This document shows positions 25,776 to 39,030 of a stretch of DNA of 64,000 nucleotides, in pieces. The DNA lies in the NCBI GenBank assembly GCA_034780895.1, contig JAUZTB010000107.1, forward strand, positions 92,559,898-92,623,897, in the 5' to 3' direction. Under the pieces are notes generated by a model, which was given only the letters and a program-made list of their open reading frames with translations, was not told the DNA's origin and made no database searches. The stretch's first letter is position 1, and each line of letters begins with the position of its first letter. The stretch comes from Rhynchobatus australiae (lineage: Eukaryota). Made by a program: the position numbers and the translations under genes.

Positions 25776-27670
25776 TCTGTTGAGGGGAAAAGCGTTAGGA
25801 ATATAAATGGGAGTTTAATGGGCAATAACAACAGCAAAAAATTTGCACTGAACCACATGCACTAGAAAAATGCACATAATATAGTGACTCATAGAACTTT
25901 AGTAAGGGAGGAAAACTTCCTTTAAAAGCTCCTTTAGTGAGGAGACCAAGGATAACTTTTAAACTTCTAGAAACTGGATTTGAGGTTGCAAATTCTGACA
26001 TCTGAAAACTATGGTTTCAGATCAGTCCATGTATCCACATTCAATTTATTCTCTTCCTACCTTGTATTCCCTGTCATCTTCAAAAGGAAAGCAAAATGGT
26101 GACCACTTGTCATTTTTGTTGGTGTTATGTGGTGCCCTGGTTTTTCTCCAATTTCCAAGCCCTAGCTGCACTCCAGAGTTTTGCAGGTGTGTGTTTCTTT
26201 AATGAAAGGCTTTAAAAGTGTTGGAATAGTAACAGTGGAACTGCTGTTTCTAGCTGCTAGTCTGTTTTTCATTAACAACCCAACAAATCAAATTCCTCTC
26301 CACCAGCACCCAAGGCTGGATCTCAACTATCATGCAGCAATAATTATGTGCTGGGCGGGAATCCATTCAAAAAATTACAAGACACACTGTGTGACAAGCA
26401 TGTAACTGAATAAGCTTTCAATCTTTTTTTTTGCAGGAGGGAGTCACTTGGTTTCTATTTAGGACGAAAGGGAAACTACGGGTTATTAAGGTTGTAAGGG
26501 TGAGTAGCTGTGCGAAATAGAGAACCCCCTAGGTAGAACACAGGGCACGATAACTAGAAACAGATCAGGGAGGAGGCCTAGGAACTGATTGGGACAGATT
26601 TTAAGCTGTACTACTGTATGGCAAGACTGCACTTCAGCCACTTACTCTGATTGGTCCCAGTAACACATTGACTTTTATTTTCCCCCAACTGCTGTAACAA
26701 AATATTTAAAAAAGTGACTGCCATATTTAGAATAAAATGGTTCTGAAGTGAACTTTCTTTTGGCTGGACTTGAGTTTCTTATGGCACACGAGCATAAATC
26801 CAGCGTGGTATCAGGTGTTGTTTTGGGGGAATGAGGGGGTCTCAGGCAACTACCACTAGATGTGCATATGAGGAACNNNNNNNNNNNNNNNNNNNNNNNN
26901 NNNNNNNNNNNNNCCAGATATTTATGGGTGCATGTTGAGAGAAATATTTTATTCTCAGGAGGTGGTTGGCGTACTTTGAAAGGGTTTACTGCATTTTGAC
27001 AGTTTAAGGCTTTTGTAAGAATTGATAACAACTCACATCCTTGAAACTAAGACCTTTATTTGTTTAGCTTTCATAAAAAAAAACTCTTGCTGTAAAGTGA
27101 AACAGGATAATGCATCTGGTGAGGAAGTAACTTGCTGACAAGTAGCAAGATTAGGGATCCCTCATTATTTTGAGGAACTTTGCGCCTGTCCTGGGACAGG
27201 AACATGGATTATGAGCAGTGGTGATTAGTGGATGCTGTTCAGGAAATTCCAGCAGTCCGATGGGCTGTTAGCACACAGCCTACTGATTCATATGTCATCT
27301 GCTAGCTATAAACTCCAAATTTGCTGTAAACCCATTATTTAAACACACTTGAAATAAGACATTGAAGAAGTTAATTAGCTGGGTAATTAGAAACCAACCA
27401 CACTATTAGGAACACATTCCATTTGTGATACTGCTGCATGCACATCGGAGAAACAAAAAATGCATTTCAGCATTTAAGAAAGGGTTGGAAATACTGGCGA
27501 ACCACAACTCTGCAAAACCACTTTCTGCTTCAGTTTGTGAATAGGTTACCTTTCAACACACTTAAAACAAGGATGATTTAATAGATTGCTTTGTCCTTAA
27601 TGAAAAATGCCCCCAGCCTCAACCCAAACAAAGCATCTAATGTGCGGTTGGCTTTTTTTCCTTTGGCAAG

Positions 27671-27885
27671 GCAGCTCTGTACTGATAAGACCGTTGCCTG
27701 CTATTCTCCAAGGACTTGAGCTGCTGGAAGACTGCAACGGACCTCATCCCCTGTTACTTCTGATGCGGGTGATCTTCCGACTCCATGGCGCCAACCACAA
27801 CATGTTACCCACCGTGAGAGAGCAGGACGCAGGCACTGGTAGTCAGGAGTTATCGTCTATCATACTGATTGACGAAACCAAGAGT
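27671..27885 (+). other. Candidate exon or regulatory segment, locally CpG-enriched
   Basis: Pyrimidine tract ttttttcctttggcaAG, an open frame, and donor AGA|GTGAGT near 27886. About 9 CpGs in 200 nt against a CpG-poor background. Confidence 0.2.
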
Positions 27886-28489
27886 GAGTAGAAAAAATAA
27901 ACATGAACAGAGACGGCAGTGTTTAGGGTAGTCAGCTGGGAGTTTCAGTATTTGGCCTTAGTGATCCCAGTCTCATGGTGGGTTATCTTTCCCTTCTGCT
28001 ATCATTTATCATAACTCTAAGGCCAGGGAGAAACAAAACTCGGAACATTCTATTGGTTACATTCATTATGCTTTCTCCTTCCCCTAACCCTTCTTCCTTT
28101 TAACAACACCCCATCACTTTTCACCCCCACCCCCTCATGCTCACAAAAGTTCCATCCCTTCACATCCCAATCCCTGAAGCACAATGAAATCCAACACCAG
28201 AGCATGCTCCTATTCAAGTAATTAACCCATGTTATTTTATTGGTTCAGAAATTTACACACATTCATGTCAGCACAGACAAACTGGGTTAAATATTTAACC
28301 AACACACTGGCTGAACTATATTAAAATAAATTGCTTTCTGATAGCACATTGCTTCTTCCCCTGTTCTTATCTATCTTTACCAGAGATGTTGACTGCCAAA
28401 TATGTTTAAAATTTAGAAGATTCAAAGTTCACTTCTAGAGATGGTCATGGTGTCTGTTGGCAAAACATGTTAACTAGTGCAGACATTAA

Positions 28490-28900
28490 ACAATGCTCAT
28501 ACTTGAGCCACTGTATACTCAGATATGGCTCACTCTCTTTAAGTTGTTTCTACCCAGAGTGTACTCAGGTACTCCCACTTGCTTCAGCCACTTGTACACA
28601 CAGGACCTGGGTTATAGATTGATCACCTGTGTTGCCTGCACCGAGAGGGTATTCAGTGTGGCTCATTCACTCAGTCACATACCCGGAAGGTGCTTAGATA
28701 TGGCTGACTTAACTTCAATTACTTTTACCCAGACCAGTCTCAGGTACGGCTTACTCACTTCAACTACAAGCAGCCAGCAGGAACTCAAACCCAACTCACT
28801 GACATCTCTGGAATGTCAAGGGGAGCCAGGGATGGTTTACCTACTTCAGGCAACATGTGTGCAGGGAGATCCTAATGCTATCTGCTTCAGTCACTTGGTG
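28490..28900. repeat. Degenerate tandem repeat, about 40-47 bp unit, about 8-9 copies
   Basis: Recurring actcagatatggctcact...cttcag.cact...taccca units at about 28517, 28563, 28651, 28692, 28738 and 28825. Confidence 0.6.
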
Positions 28901-29519
28901 TTAAGAATGAGTACAGAATGAGCCCACATTAGTTGTCTATATTAATGATATCCTGATGTATGTTCTCTCCTTCAGATAGGTTTAAAAGGAATGGTTTTAA
29001 GTACAGCTTGTTCATTTACCACAGGATATGGGAAAGCCATACACAGTATAGTTACTTGTAAATAGAAGTAGGGACTCTGTTCATGCATAATTTTATAGTT
29101 CAATGCACCTATATCCAAATGATCTTTAGATGCATGGTTCTTATACAAGGGAGCCTTTACTTATGGATCAAAGCTTGCTGAATTCAATATTTTGTACAAT
29201 AACTGCACATTTTGTCTGCTCAAGTCAGAGTGGAGATATTTGCATCAATTAAATAAAGTGGCAAATAGATTTGGCACAGGCTCAACTTTCATTCCCAAGA
29301 TAGGTAAAATGTGGTCTAACACTGCACCTCTAACACTAGGTGTGATGAACACTGACTTTAAAACCAAGCAAAATGTTCTGCCTGCACCAGGGTTGAAAGT
29401 AGCTTAATTTTTTTTTATCAGAACAGTTGTGTAAATTTCTTACCAGTACAGTTATATCTCAAACATTGTGTCGACCACTTTCTTACCAGTACGCTTACTT
29501 TCGGCTCTTGGTCTTATCA

Positions 29520-29830
29520 CAGAAAAACATCTTAAGGTGATTCACAGGAATGTTAACAAAAAAATATGGCGCCTGTCCACAAAAGGAAATAGCAAGGGAG
29601 ATAACGAAAGGCTTGATACAAGAGGAGTATTTAGAGGAGTAAAATAGGACAGAGGTGGAGGGTTTAAGAAATATGTTTCAGAGCTTAGGGCCCTGCCAAA
29701 TGAAGGAGAGTGGCCAATTAACCCAGGAGTAATGAAGCTGAGTATTGGAGGAGTGCAGGTGGAAACTAATCATGGAAACAGAGAGCTGAAGCCAAGGGGC
29801 AATTGGAAAATTAGCATGAGAATGCAAGTC
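29520..29830 (-). mobile_element. Degenerate L2-like LINE 3' fragment
   Basis: Reverse complement resembles the segment at 32540-32860 (agcttagggccc, aggagt...agag). Confidence 0.45.
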
Positions 29831-29864
29831 AGTAAACAGGGTTATACACTACTGAGGAAAGAAG

Positions 29865-30190
29865 GAAAGATTTCCATATACATAGTGCCTTTCACAACTG
29901 TAAAATGTCCCAAACTGCTTTACAGTGAATAAATTATCTTCTATGTCTAATTTCTCTGCAATGTAACAGACACGTCAGCCAATTTGTTCCCAGCAAGCTC
30001 CGTGAAACAAAAATGTGATAATGATTCCGACACTCTGTGAGGTAATGTTGGTTGAGAGATGAAAGTTCAACAGTCTCTGAAGAGAAGGATTCCATTTCTT
30101 CTTCAAAATAGCTTCATTTGATCTTTCGTGTCAGCCTGAGAAGGTTGACAGCGTTTAGCGTCTCATTCAAAAGATGGCACCTCAGAGACA
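29865..30190 (-). mobile_element. Deu-domain SINE (SacSINE1-like)
   Basis: atagtgcctttcacaac...gtcccaaa...cagccaatttg...tttagcgtctcattcaaaagatggcacctc. Confidence 0.65.
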
Positions 30191-31527
30191 AGTATGGTAC
30201 ATGCCTGAGACTAAATGTGTACATTAATAAATTCAATAAAAATCATTTAGAAAGAAAAAGAAAGTTAATAATGGCTGTTATTGTGTCTCTAGGGAGCCTC
30301 TCTCTTCCGTTATGTTCCACTATTGGCTCATAACTCAAGTATAGAAAGATAAACCAGCATTCTGGCAGATATTGCAGGCACTCACCCCTGCAGAAAGGAG
30401 TCCTGCACCTGTGTTTGCATGTGTAGTCAGTGCTGTATTCTCTTGGCGGCCATTTATTAACAGTAGACGTACATGAGCAGGGCTGCCATGTTCTCACAGC
30501 ATTCAAACGACCCTGTTGTAACTTTATAGAGCAAACTGGAGGCCCATCATTGGTTGCACATTTTCTCTTTAAATCACAACTTCATACTGCTGCAAACAAA
30601 CTGGTTTCCTTGAGGGGTTCTCAAACTGTTTGTTTTCAAACGAATGAATATCAAAGAAGATGATTCGAGAGGCATTGACAAATATGAAGCATTTCTGTGA
30701 TGAGAGAAAGGAGATGTAACTCTGCTTTAGAGTGATCTTAATACAGTGTATAAATGAAGCTGTACAAAATGGGAAAAGCTTAACTAACATAAAAGGACCT
30801 GATCAGATGCCATCCATTAAGGTGTCTCCCACAATGAGGTCCATTCCATTGCTGATGCTGAATGTAGATGTCAGTGGAAGCAGTGGCAATGAAGAGATCA
30901 AGATTCCTGACTTAGTGTATCTAAGATGCATTGATTAGTCTGCGCAACTAAACCCAAACCAAAAATGAAATCAATTACTAAAAGATTTAGAGCAAAACAA
31001 CTGAGATGGTATCTATTCTCCTGGCATATTTGAAAGTGAAAAGTGAGTGATATTATTTTCAAAATAAGTTACATACTAAGTGGAATTATATCCTTAAGTG
31101 TAAAAAAAAATTCAGATCCAGAATGCTTCTCTCAAGGAAGACATCTGTAGTTGACAAGCATTATAGATAAGTGCTTCAGTCAAGTATATAGATTTCACAT
31201 GAGTGGAAGAACTTCAGTAATACATCATCCCGAGGGTAATGCTCTATTTGCTTTAACAATCCAGTTGAGGCACGTGTCATATTACAGGACAGTGATATTG
31301 AATAACAACAGCATGTGGCTCATTTCAGTAAAGATAGGTGTCCTGATTAGGGGTGGAATCTCAACCATATTCTCAGTGTTTGGCACAATGATGGCAAATG
31401 AGTTGACTCTGGAAAAGAATTAATACATAAATATTTCAAATGATATCAAAAATCCAGTATGTTACATTCCTCATGAGGCCTCAGACTCAAAATGCAACCT
31501 GTGATGGCTAAGTGAGTTTAGAAGGTA

Positions 31528-31743
31528 ATACACAGTGAAATGCGTCGTTACGCATTACTGAGAATGTGCTGGGGGCAGCCCGCAAGTGTCGCCACTATAG
31601 CATGCCCACAGCTCTGAACCTGCACATCTTTGGAATGTGGGAGGAAATCCAAGTAGACATGGGGAGAACGTACAAACTCCTTGCAGACTGTGACGGAATT
31701 GAACCCGGGTCACTGGTGCTCTAACTGCTACACAGCCATGCTG
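31528..31743 (-). mobile_element. V-SINE (young subfamily, internally deleted)
   Basis: Reverse-complement tail, V-domain remnant and B-box ggaattgaacccggg. Confidence 0.85.
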
Positions 31744-31894
31744 CTTGACTATGAGGGCAAGGGGCTTGAAGTGGCTGCATGTGGTTGCTCAGGTTCCAAG
31801 ATGGGAAGCAAGTGCTTACTGTCCTTCACTGGCTTCCACTCTGGCAATATTCACTTCTAAAATCTTCATCTATGGTTTCAACTAACCATTGTTG

Positions 31895-31995
31895 TAACAA
31901 ACAATCTGGTGAAGGAACTCAGCGAGTCGAGCAGCATCTCCTGGGGGGAAAGGAATTGTTGATGTTTCAGATTGAAACCCTGCATCAGGACTCAT
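31895..31995 (-). mobile_element. Penelope-like terminus fragment with variant hammerhead core
   Basis: ggaactcagcgagtcgagcagcatc...gtttcagattgaaaccctgcatcagg, homologous to 12320-12410. Confidence 0.65.
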
Positions 31996-32539
31996 CGTAG
32001 TAAGCTCTTCCAGCACACCAATGCTTCAAAGAATTAGAAAATTGTTTGAGCGCAGGAGGAGGTCATGTGGACCCTTCAGTTATTCTGGTTTCTAGAAGAG
32101 CAATCCAGTCAGTCTCATTCTCCTCCTCTTTCTCATTACCCTGCAAACTGTTTTCCCTCGGGAACCTATGTAATGAGCTCCTGAAAGCCCCGATTGATTC
32201 TATTTTCACCACCCTTGCAGGCAGTGAGTTCCAGATCATATCTACTGTTTGTGTAAAAATAGCTTTTCTTCAAACCTTTTTCTCAAAATATTAAGTCTGC
32301 CTATCCCCTCTGAGTCCTCGAACCATTCATGAACAGGAACAGCTCCTCTCTTTTTACCCTTTCTAACCTAATCATGGACTTGTACACATCTATCAAATTT
32401 CCTCTCAGCCATTTTTGCTCTAAGGAGAAAAATCTTTTCTATTCCTTGAATTCAAATTCCCAAACTGCTGTGGTGGGATTTGAATTCATGATTCTTATTC
32501 AATGTTCCAGGCCTCTTGAGGCTAAGCCAGTAACTTAAC

Positions 32540-32860
32540 CACTATGCTACCAAACCACAGATCTCTATGCTCCGATTCTGGGCCCTTGTGCTTCCCTGAT
32601 TTGCATCACTCCACCATCGGCAGTCACACCTTCCGCTGCCTGAAGCTTTAAGTTTGGAAATTCCCTCACTAAACCCTTCATCTCTGCTAGTGTCTCCTCC
32701 TTTAAGATGCTCTTTGAAACGAACATCATTAATCAAGCTTTTTGGTAACCATTTCCAATTGTCCCTTATGTGGATCAGTTACAATTCCTGTGAAGCATTT
32801 TGGGATATTTTACTGCATTAAAGACACTATGTTAATGTTGGTTGTTGTTGCTATTGATGC
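32540..32860 (+). mobile_element. L2-like LINE 3' end
   Basis: ctatgctccg...ggaaattccctc...cctttaagatgctct...ttttactgcattaaagacactat...gttgttgttg. Confidence 0.6.
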
Positions 32861-34093
32861 TGATTAAATTGTATAAAATTATACTTAATAAGGCTGCCAA
32901 TCCTCCATGAAAATGTAATAAATCTAGCACATTATAAAAATATTCTCATGAGATTATCAGTAACCCTAATAGTTTTATTATTTCACATTTATTGCCTTCC
33001 GTCGTGCCAACCCCATTTCTTTACTTTTAAGGTGTAATTGCAAGGGGCTTCCTTAATTTATAGCCAGGTCGGAAAGCCCAGCCAATCAGAAGTCAAGAAA
33101 GTTACTTCAATGTAATCATGCCATAATTCACGCCCACTGCCTACAGCAGAATATTGATACATTACCCTCTCAAATAACAATACTGTCTCCCACAGCAGAG
33201 CTGCATGCAGAGACAGACACGGGAGAAAGAAGGTGATTGACTTTTGCAGACAGAAAACGTGTTATATATTAGCCTTGTCAGCCATCATAAAGTATTCCCC
33301 TAAGTATCGGTAAATGTGCAATCTGTCCACTTCCTTGCACAGTCCCCCATCCTCCCAGCAGCACTGCCATTCTAACTCAACAGCATTCAGCTCTTAACAG
33401 CTGCTTAAAGCTGATACAAGCACTTCTATCTCTCAGCAGGCAATTCTTACATAACCATTTATTTTTCCAGATTTTTTTTAAAGAGCCTGCAGGATTTAAT
33501 TATGTATACAGACACTCCTATAAACCCTATTCTGAGAGCTTTATTGACTTTTCACTGTGCCTGCATATTCCTACAATTAAACCAAATAAAACTTTCCATT
33601 TCTGCCAAACCTTGCTCAGGTTTTTGTTTGCTGTAATAACACTATCCAGCTCAAATAGATAATAGCTATCAGGAACAGCTGGGTTTTTACTGCATCTTAA
33701 TCTTATAGGCAATCAATTGGACCCCTTCGTCTCAGAATCTAGTACAAATCCTGCCTAGTTTCCTGGACTGTTGAAGTGACAAAGGCAGTGACAAGGGTAA
33801 AGGAAAGTGACACCCCTCGTCCAGGTTTTAATATTGCTGTCGTGGAAGGCTGCGCAAGGTGTGATTGGTCTGCATTTTCAGAAGGCTGCTGTCTAACCTG
33901 GACCTGGGCAGCGTTGTGTTTTCACTTTCCTGTTCAATAACAGCTACTGAGTGCTACCAAACGCTGTCCGGCTGACTGATGACCAGTTATGCCGGGTTTC
34001 GCGACAAGGGGAGCTGGAGGCAGAGAGGGGGAGGGAGAGATAGCTGTTGCCTTTGTCTACTTTCTCCAGTGCGATTCTGTGGTATTTACAAGA

Positions 34094-35056
34094 NNNNNNN
34101 NNNNNNNNNNNNNNNNNNNNNNNNNNNNNNNNNNNNNNNNNNNNNNNNNNNNNNNNNNNNNNNNNNNNNNNNNNNNNNNNNNNNNNNNNNNNNNNNNNNN
34201 NNNNNNNNNNNNNNNNNNNNNNNNNNNNNNNNNNNNNNNNNNNNNNNNNNNNNNNNNNNNNNNNNNNNNNNNNNNNNNNNNNNNNNNNNNNNNNNNNNNN
34301 NNNNNNNNNNNNNNNNNNNNNNNNNNNNNNNNNNNNNNNNNNNNNNNNNNNNNNNNNNNNNNNNNNNNNNNNNNNNNNNNNNNNNNNNNNNNNNNNNNNN
34401 NNNNNNNNNNNNNNNNNNNNNNNNNNNNNNNNNNNNNNNNNNNNNNNNNNNNNNNNNNNNNNNNNNNNNNNNNNNNNNNNNNNNNNNNNNNNNNNNNNNN
34501 NNNNNNNNNNNNNNNNNNNNNNNNNNNNNNNNNNNNNNNNNNNNNNNNNNNNNNNNNNNNNNNNNNNNNNNNNNNNNNNNNNNNNNNNNNNNNNNNNNNN
34601 NNNNNNNNNNNNNNNNNNNNNNNNNNNNNNNNNNNNNNNNNNNNNNNNNNNNNNNNNNNNNNNNNNNNNNNNNNNNNNNNNNNNNNNNNNNNNNNNNNNN
34701 NNNNNNNNNNNNNNNNNNNNNNNNNNNNNNNNNNNNNNNNNNNNNNNNNNNNNNNNNNNNNNNNNNNNNNNNNNNNNNNNNNNNNNNNNNNNNNNNNNNN
34801 NNNNNNNNNNNNNNNNNNNNNNNNNNNNNNNNNNNNNNNNNNNNNNNNNNNNNNNNNNNNNNNNNNNNNNNNNNNNNNNNNNNNNNNNNNNNNNNNNNNN
34901 NNNNNNNNNNNNNNNNNNNNNNNNNNNNNNNNNNNNNNNNNNNNNNNNNNNNNNNNNNNNNNNNNNNNNNNNNNNNNNNNNNNNNNNNNNNNNNNNNNNN
35001 NNNNNNNNNNNNNNNNNNNNNNNNNNNNNNNNNNNNNNNNNNNNNNNNNNNNNNNN
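34094..35056. other. 963 nt assembly gap
   Basis: N run. The other gaps are 10-150 nt, many exactly 10 or 100. Confidence 0.95.
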
Positions 35057-38000
35057 CTAAAGCCAATTAAAATATAAAAATGAATTAAAGATGCACAAAT
35101 ATGCACTAAAGTACCAGTTTTACATGTGAGTTATAATAGATACATTGTTGAAGTGTTGTAATTACAGCATGAGGTTTGGGTTCTGGAGGTTAGCTCGACA
35201 CACGGATCTAGATCCAATGTTATATTGTATAATGTTTACATAAGATGTATGGAACTGATCAAGTGACATTAATTTGATGATATCATTATGCCAGGACATT
35301 GAATAATTATGCTTACTTGGAAAACTTTAAATAACATTTCCAATGCTGATGTGAAAATATGATAAAAATGTACAAATCACTTAATTAGCACTTTTTCTTC
35401 TATGTCGACACACTTGGCACTCCCAAGATGGTGACCATTATGACTTTTTTTCAGGTGGTTGTAAAAAAAAACTAGCTTCCATCTGGTTTATATCAATAGT
35501 AGGGCAAAGGTATTCTCCTGCTTCAGTTTCTGTTTATCACCAATCTACCCATGTACCAAGTGCATGCATTTCTGTCTCTGTTTGTTACATATTCATTTGA
35601 CAAAATGGTCGTAGCAATTGCTCAAGATTCCTTCACCTCAAAACCAAATTAAAATGAGAGCTTTGAATGGTGTAGGTATTCAGTTTTGTTGTGTCTTCCT
35701 TGTTAATTCTCTTTCTGTGCACACCCATGGCTCAAAGCAACAGAATGATTCACGGAGGAGTGTTCCATGTAGCTTTTATTGAAGGGCAGTAGCTGTATAG
35801 GCTCAGCGTTATTTTTGTCTCATTACACATGCCCATAAGCAGAAGGAACAAAAGGGGCAACACTTTCTGTGAAGGCTGTATGACATTAAAAACTCTTGAG
35901 AAAAAGGGAACATCTCATTTGATGTAACTTTTGTAAAGAAAAAATCAACACAGTTTTTACAAAACAGAAACAAAGCTAATCTTGCTGCTCACCTGAATAA
36001 CTCTAACTCTTATTTATTAATGAATAGTTTCTGTGTAGTTACATAGTTTGTATTATACAGGAGGCTTCTTGCAATCTATTCCTCCAGTTCCTATTCCATC
36101 CTTCATCNNNNNNNNNNNNNNNNNNNNNNNNNNNNNNNNNNNNNNNNNNNNNNNNNNNNNNNNNNNNNNNNNNNNNNNNNNNNNNNNNNNNNNNNNNNNN
36201 NNNNNNNAGTATAAAAAAGACTAACTTCATCCACTCATCCCACTCAATGTTCCATCCAGCTCCTAAAATTTAATTGAAGGTGGCAGTCTCTTGTGCAACA
36301 AACACAATCAGTTAACTGAATATTTAAAGAACAGTGGAAACAAACTGCATTATCATCTGCCTGCTCAAGCAAGATAATTTTTTTCAGAATATTGCAATAA
36401 GTGGAGGATAGTTACATACAGATTATGTGCAAAACAAAATCAGTTGTAAGTCACTTACTACAGTGTGATCATGAAGCTTGATTGACAAGGGAATTCCCCA
36501 GTCATCTTCACTCTGTCTATCACATTGCCACCACATGCAGCCTATTTAAAAATAAGTTTATTCCTAAATGATAGGTCAGAGGTGTTTAAAATGACTGTTT
36601 CGTTGTGCTAAGCTCATCTTTGGCTTTAGTAGTAAAACAGTTATCATTCTTAAATATGATGACCTCTAAAAGAACAAATGCAACAATTACATTCTCAATC
36701 ATTCTCCAATTGTATTAGTTCATGAATGAATATATATGTGATTTTGACTGAAAATCTGACCAAAACTTTAATTTTAAAAGTTGTTGGAGTTTGGTGTGTT
36801 AGCCAAATTCTCCCAAAATGGACATGCTACCCTATTACCGATTGGTGGAATCTTGCTGGGTGCAGATTGGCTCCACTTCTTCACGAAGTGAAGGTGCATT
36901 GCAAAGCAGGCATAATTTAAATGAATGGCAAACCATACTTGATGGCTGAATAGTTTACTCATCTTCTTCAATCTTCCTTGCAACATTACAGCAGTGACTA
37001 CAATGGTTGGTAAGAGCTAAATAAATGTACATTCTTCTGGTGAAGGAGGCAATAAAAGTTTTGAATGCAGTAGGTATTTTTACTTGTAATGAGATGAAGT
37101 TATCATCAAGGTTAGATAAACTGAGAGGAGGTGATAACATTTCTTGCCCATTTCCAATTCTTCTGATGCAGTAAAAGATTGTAATGAGTAACATTAGATC
37201 GATTTAAAGCACAAGCAATCAGCTTTTCACCAAGATGTCTGGAATTACTGAGCAGAAGCAAATTCTGCTGTCTTCTCAACTATGCTTGAGGAAGTGCTAC
37301 AAAAGTGTCTCCTTGTTGTAGTACAATCTATTACTGCAGTAGAGAGGTAAGGCTTTCAAACTAGCTCTTTAATGGAGCTTCACTTGAGTGGACTCTGTTA
37401 ACCACCAGAAGTCACCATTTCCTGGCTTTAATGCTTGCAAAGCATTACCCACCATCATAATAATGTTTTAAAGTCAACTGCTCAGTCACAAAAAATACAC
37501 ATCACAACCAATTTGTGGAAAATTTTACCTTTCCAAGCATCGTTTTCAAAAATCAGATGAGTAGCAAAGGAACAGGAAGCATAATTCCCTTGTTTACAAA
37601 CATAGACTGTATTTGTAGACCAACCAGTTAACTTAATTGTTTTGTATAAGCTGATGTTTAACTGGTTTTTATTAGATGTTTGAACTGTGATAGCTCTGCA
37701 ACTTTTGCTTCCTGTAAACATTTTATTCAATAAACATGGAGAACTGCGTATACCACAAGATGCTACTGTATAATACACTCCTTCAATGTAATTTGTGTCC
37801 AAATGGCTGAGAAGTTCAATTCCACAATGTTGTGAGTGTATATTTATTTAACAAACTTGTGGGAGGACTGTAAAGATGCAAAACCGCAGTTCTTCTCAAA
37901 AAGATCAATCAACTAAAAATGATATTGACTAGTATTCACACCAACTCACTGAGCTTAATGGTTGTTGATTGCACATGCGCAATGACCTCACTGCCCAATG

Positions 38001-38099
38001 ACTGCGATCTCAATGAGGTAGTTGATTAATGTTCACATTAAACTTAAGGCTTTTGCTGACTAGTGATCACACCAGTTCGATTATTTCAGATAACAAGTG

Positions 38100-38580
38100 G
38101 CTAATAATCTCACCGTGACACCTCTTTTTTAATTTGGTGCCATTTCAATTGTCATCCATGCATCTGTTACCTCTGGACTTGACTTTCTCATGCACTCCTG
38201 GCTGACTTCCCTTGTTCTACTCTCTGGAAATTTGAGGCTACCATCCATGTCTTAACTTACATTAGGTTCTGTTCTATGCACTGACCTCCAATGGCTCCTG
38301 GATAAGGAATGTTGCAATTTTAAAATTATCACCCTTGTTTACAAACCCCTCCATGATCTCATCTCTTAAACTTCCTCTGATCCAACAATCCCCTGAAATG
38401 ACTACATTCCTATAACTTCAGTCTGTTGATCATCCCCAAACTTAAGGGTTCCACCACATGTGTCTATACTATCAGCCATCACGGCCCTAAGCTCGGGAAG
38501 TCCAACCCCTAAACAGCTCTGCCATTGTATCTTTCTTTCCTCCTTTAAGAACTCCTTAAAATAGAATTTAATCATCTGCT
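38100..38580 (+). mobile_element. Degenerate L2-like LINE fragment
   Basis: tccatgcatctgttacctctggacttgact (HAxVTSGLD, resembling HAFVTSRLDY)...ttttaaaattatcacccttgtttacaaa. Confidence 0.6.
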
Positions 38581-38599
38581 CTAATAGTTCCTTAGCAAA

Positions 38600-39030
38600 C
38601 AACTACAGATGCTGGAAAGTTAACAAAACCCTAGAAAATTCTTGCAGTATTTAGTTGGCCAGGCAGCTTCCTTGGAGAGAGACATAGGGGATATAGATAT
38701 TTATTTATTAGTCACATGTACATTGAAACACACAGTAAAATACATCTTTTTGCATTGCTAAGAATGTGCTGGGAGCAGCCCGCAAGTGTCGCCACTCTTC
38801 CGGCGCCAATATAGCAAGCCCACAACTCCTAACCTGTACGTCTTTGGAATGTGGGAGGAAACCCACGCAGACGCAGGGAGAACATACAAACTCCTTACAG
38901 GCAGCAGCGGGAATTGAACCCAGGTCGCTGGCGCTGTAATAGCATGATGGACTTTCATGATTTACCCAAAATGTTATAGATGCTGGCTGGCCTACTGAGT
39001 GCTTCCAACATTTTCTGTTTTTATTTCTAA
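38600..39030. mobile_element. Penelope-derived fold-back element split by a V-SINE
   Basis: Left arm cagatgctggaaa...ggccaggcagc and right arm gatgctggctggcctactgagtgcttccaacattttctgtttttatttc. Confidence 0.55.
38695..38945 (-). mobile_element. V-SINE (young subfamily)
   Basis: Reverse-complement tail, V-domain and B-box. Confidence 0.9.

Noticed and set aside
26437-26499. Plus-strand 63 nt exon-like segment (EGVTWFLFRTKGKLRVIKVVR) with AG and GTGAGT
   Set aside because: The sequence and its downstream flank resemble a degenerate CR1 3' region, and there is no supporting partner exon.
33979-35106. Five 326-363 aa ORFs
   Set aside because: Artefacts of translating the N-gap.
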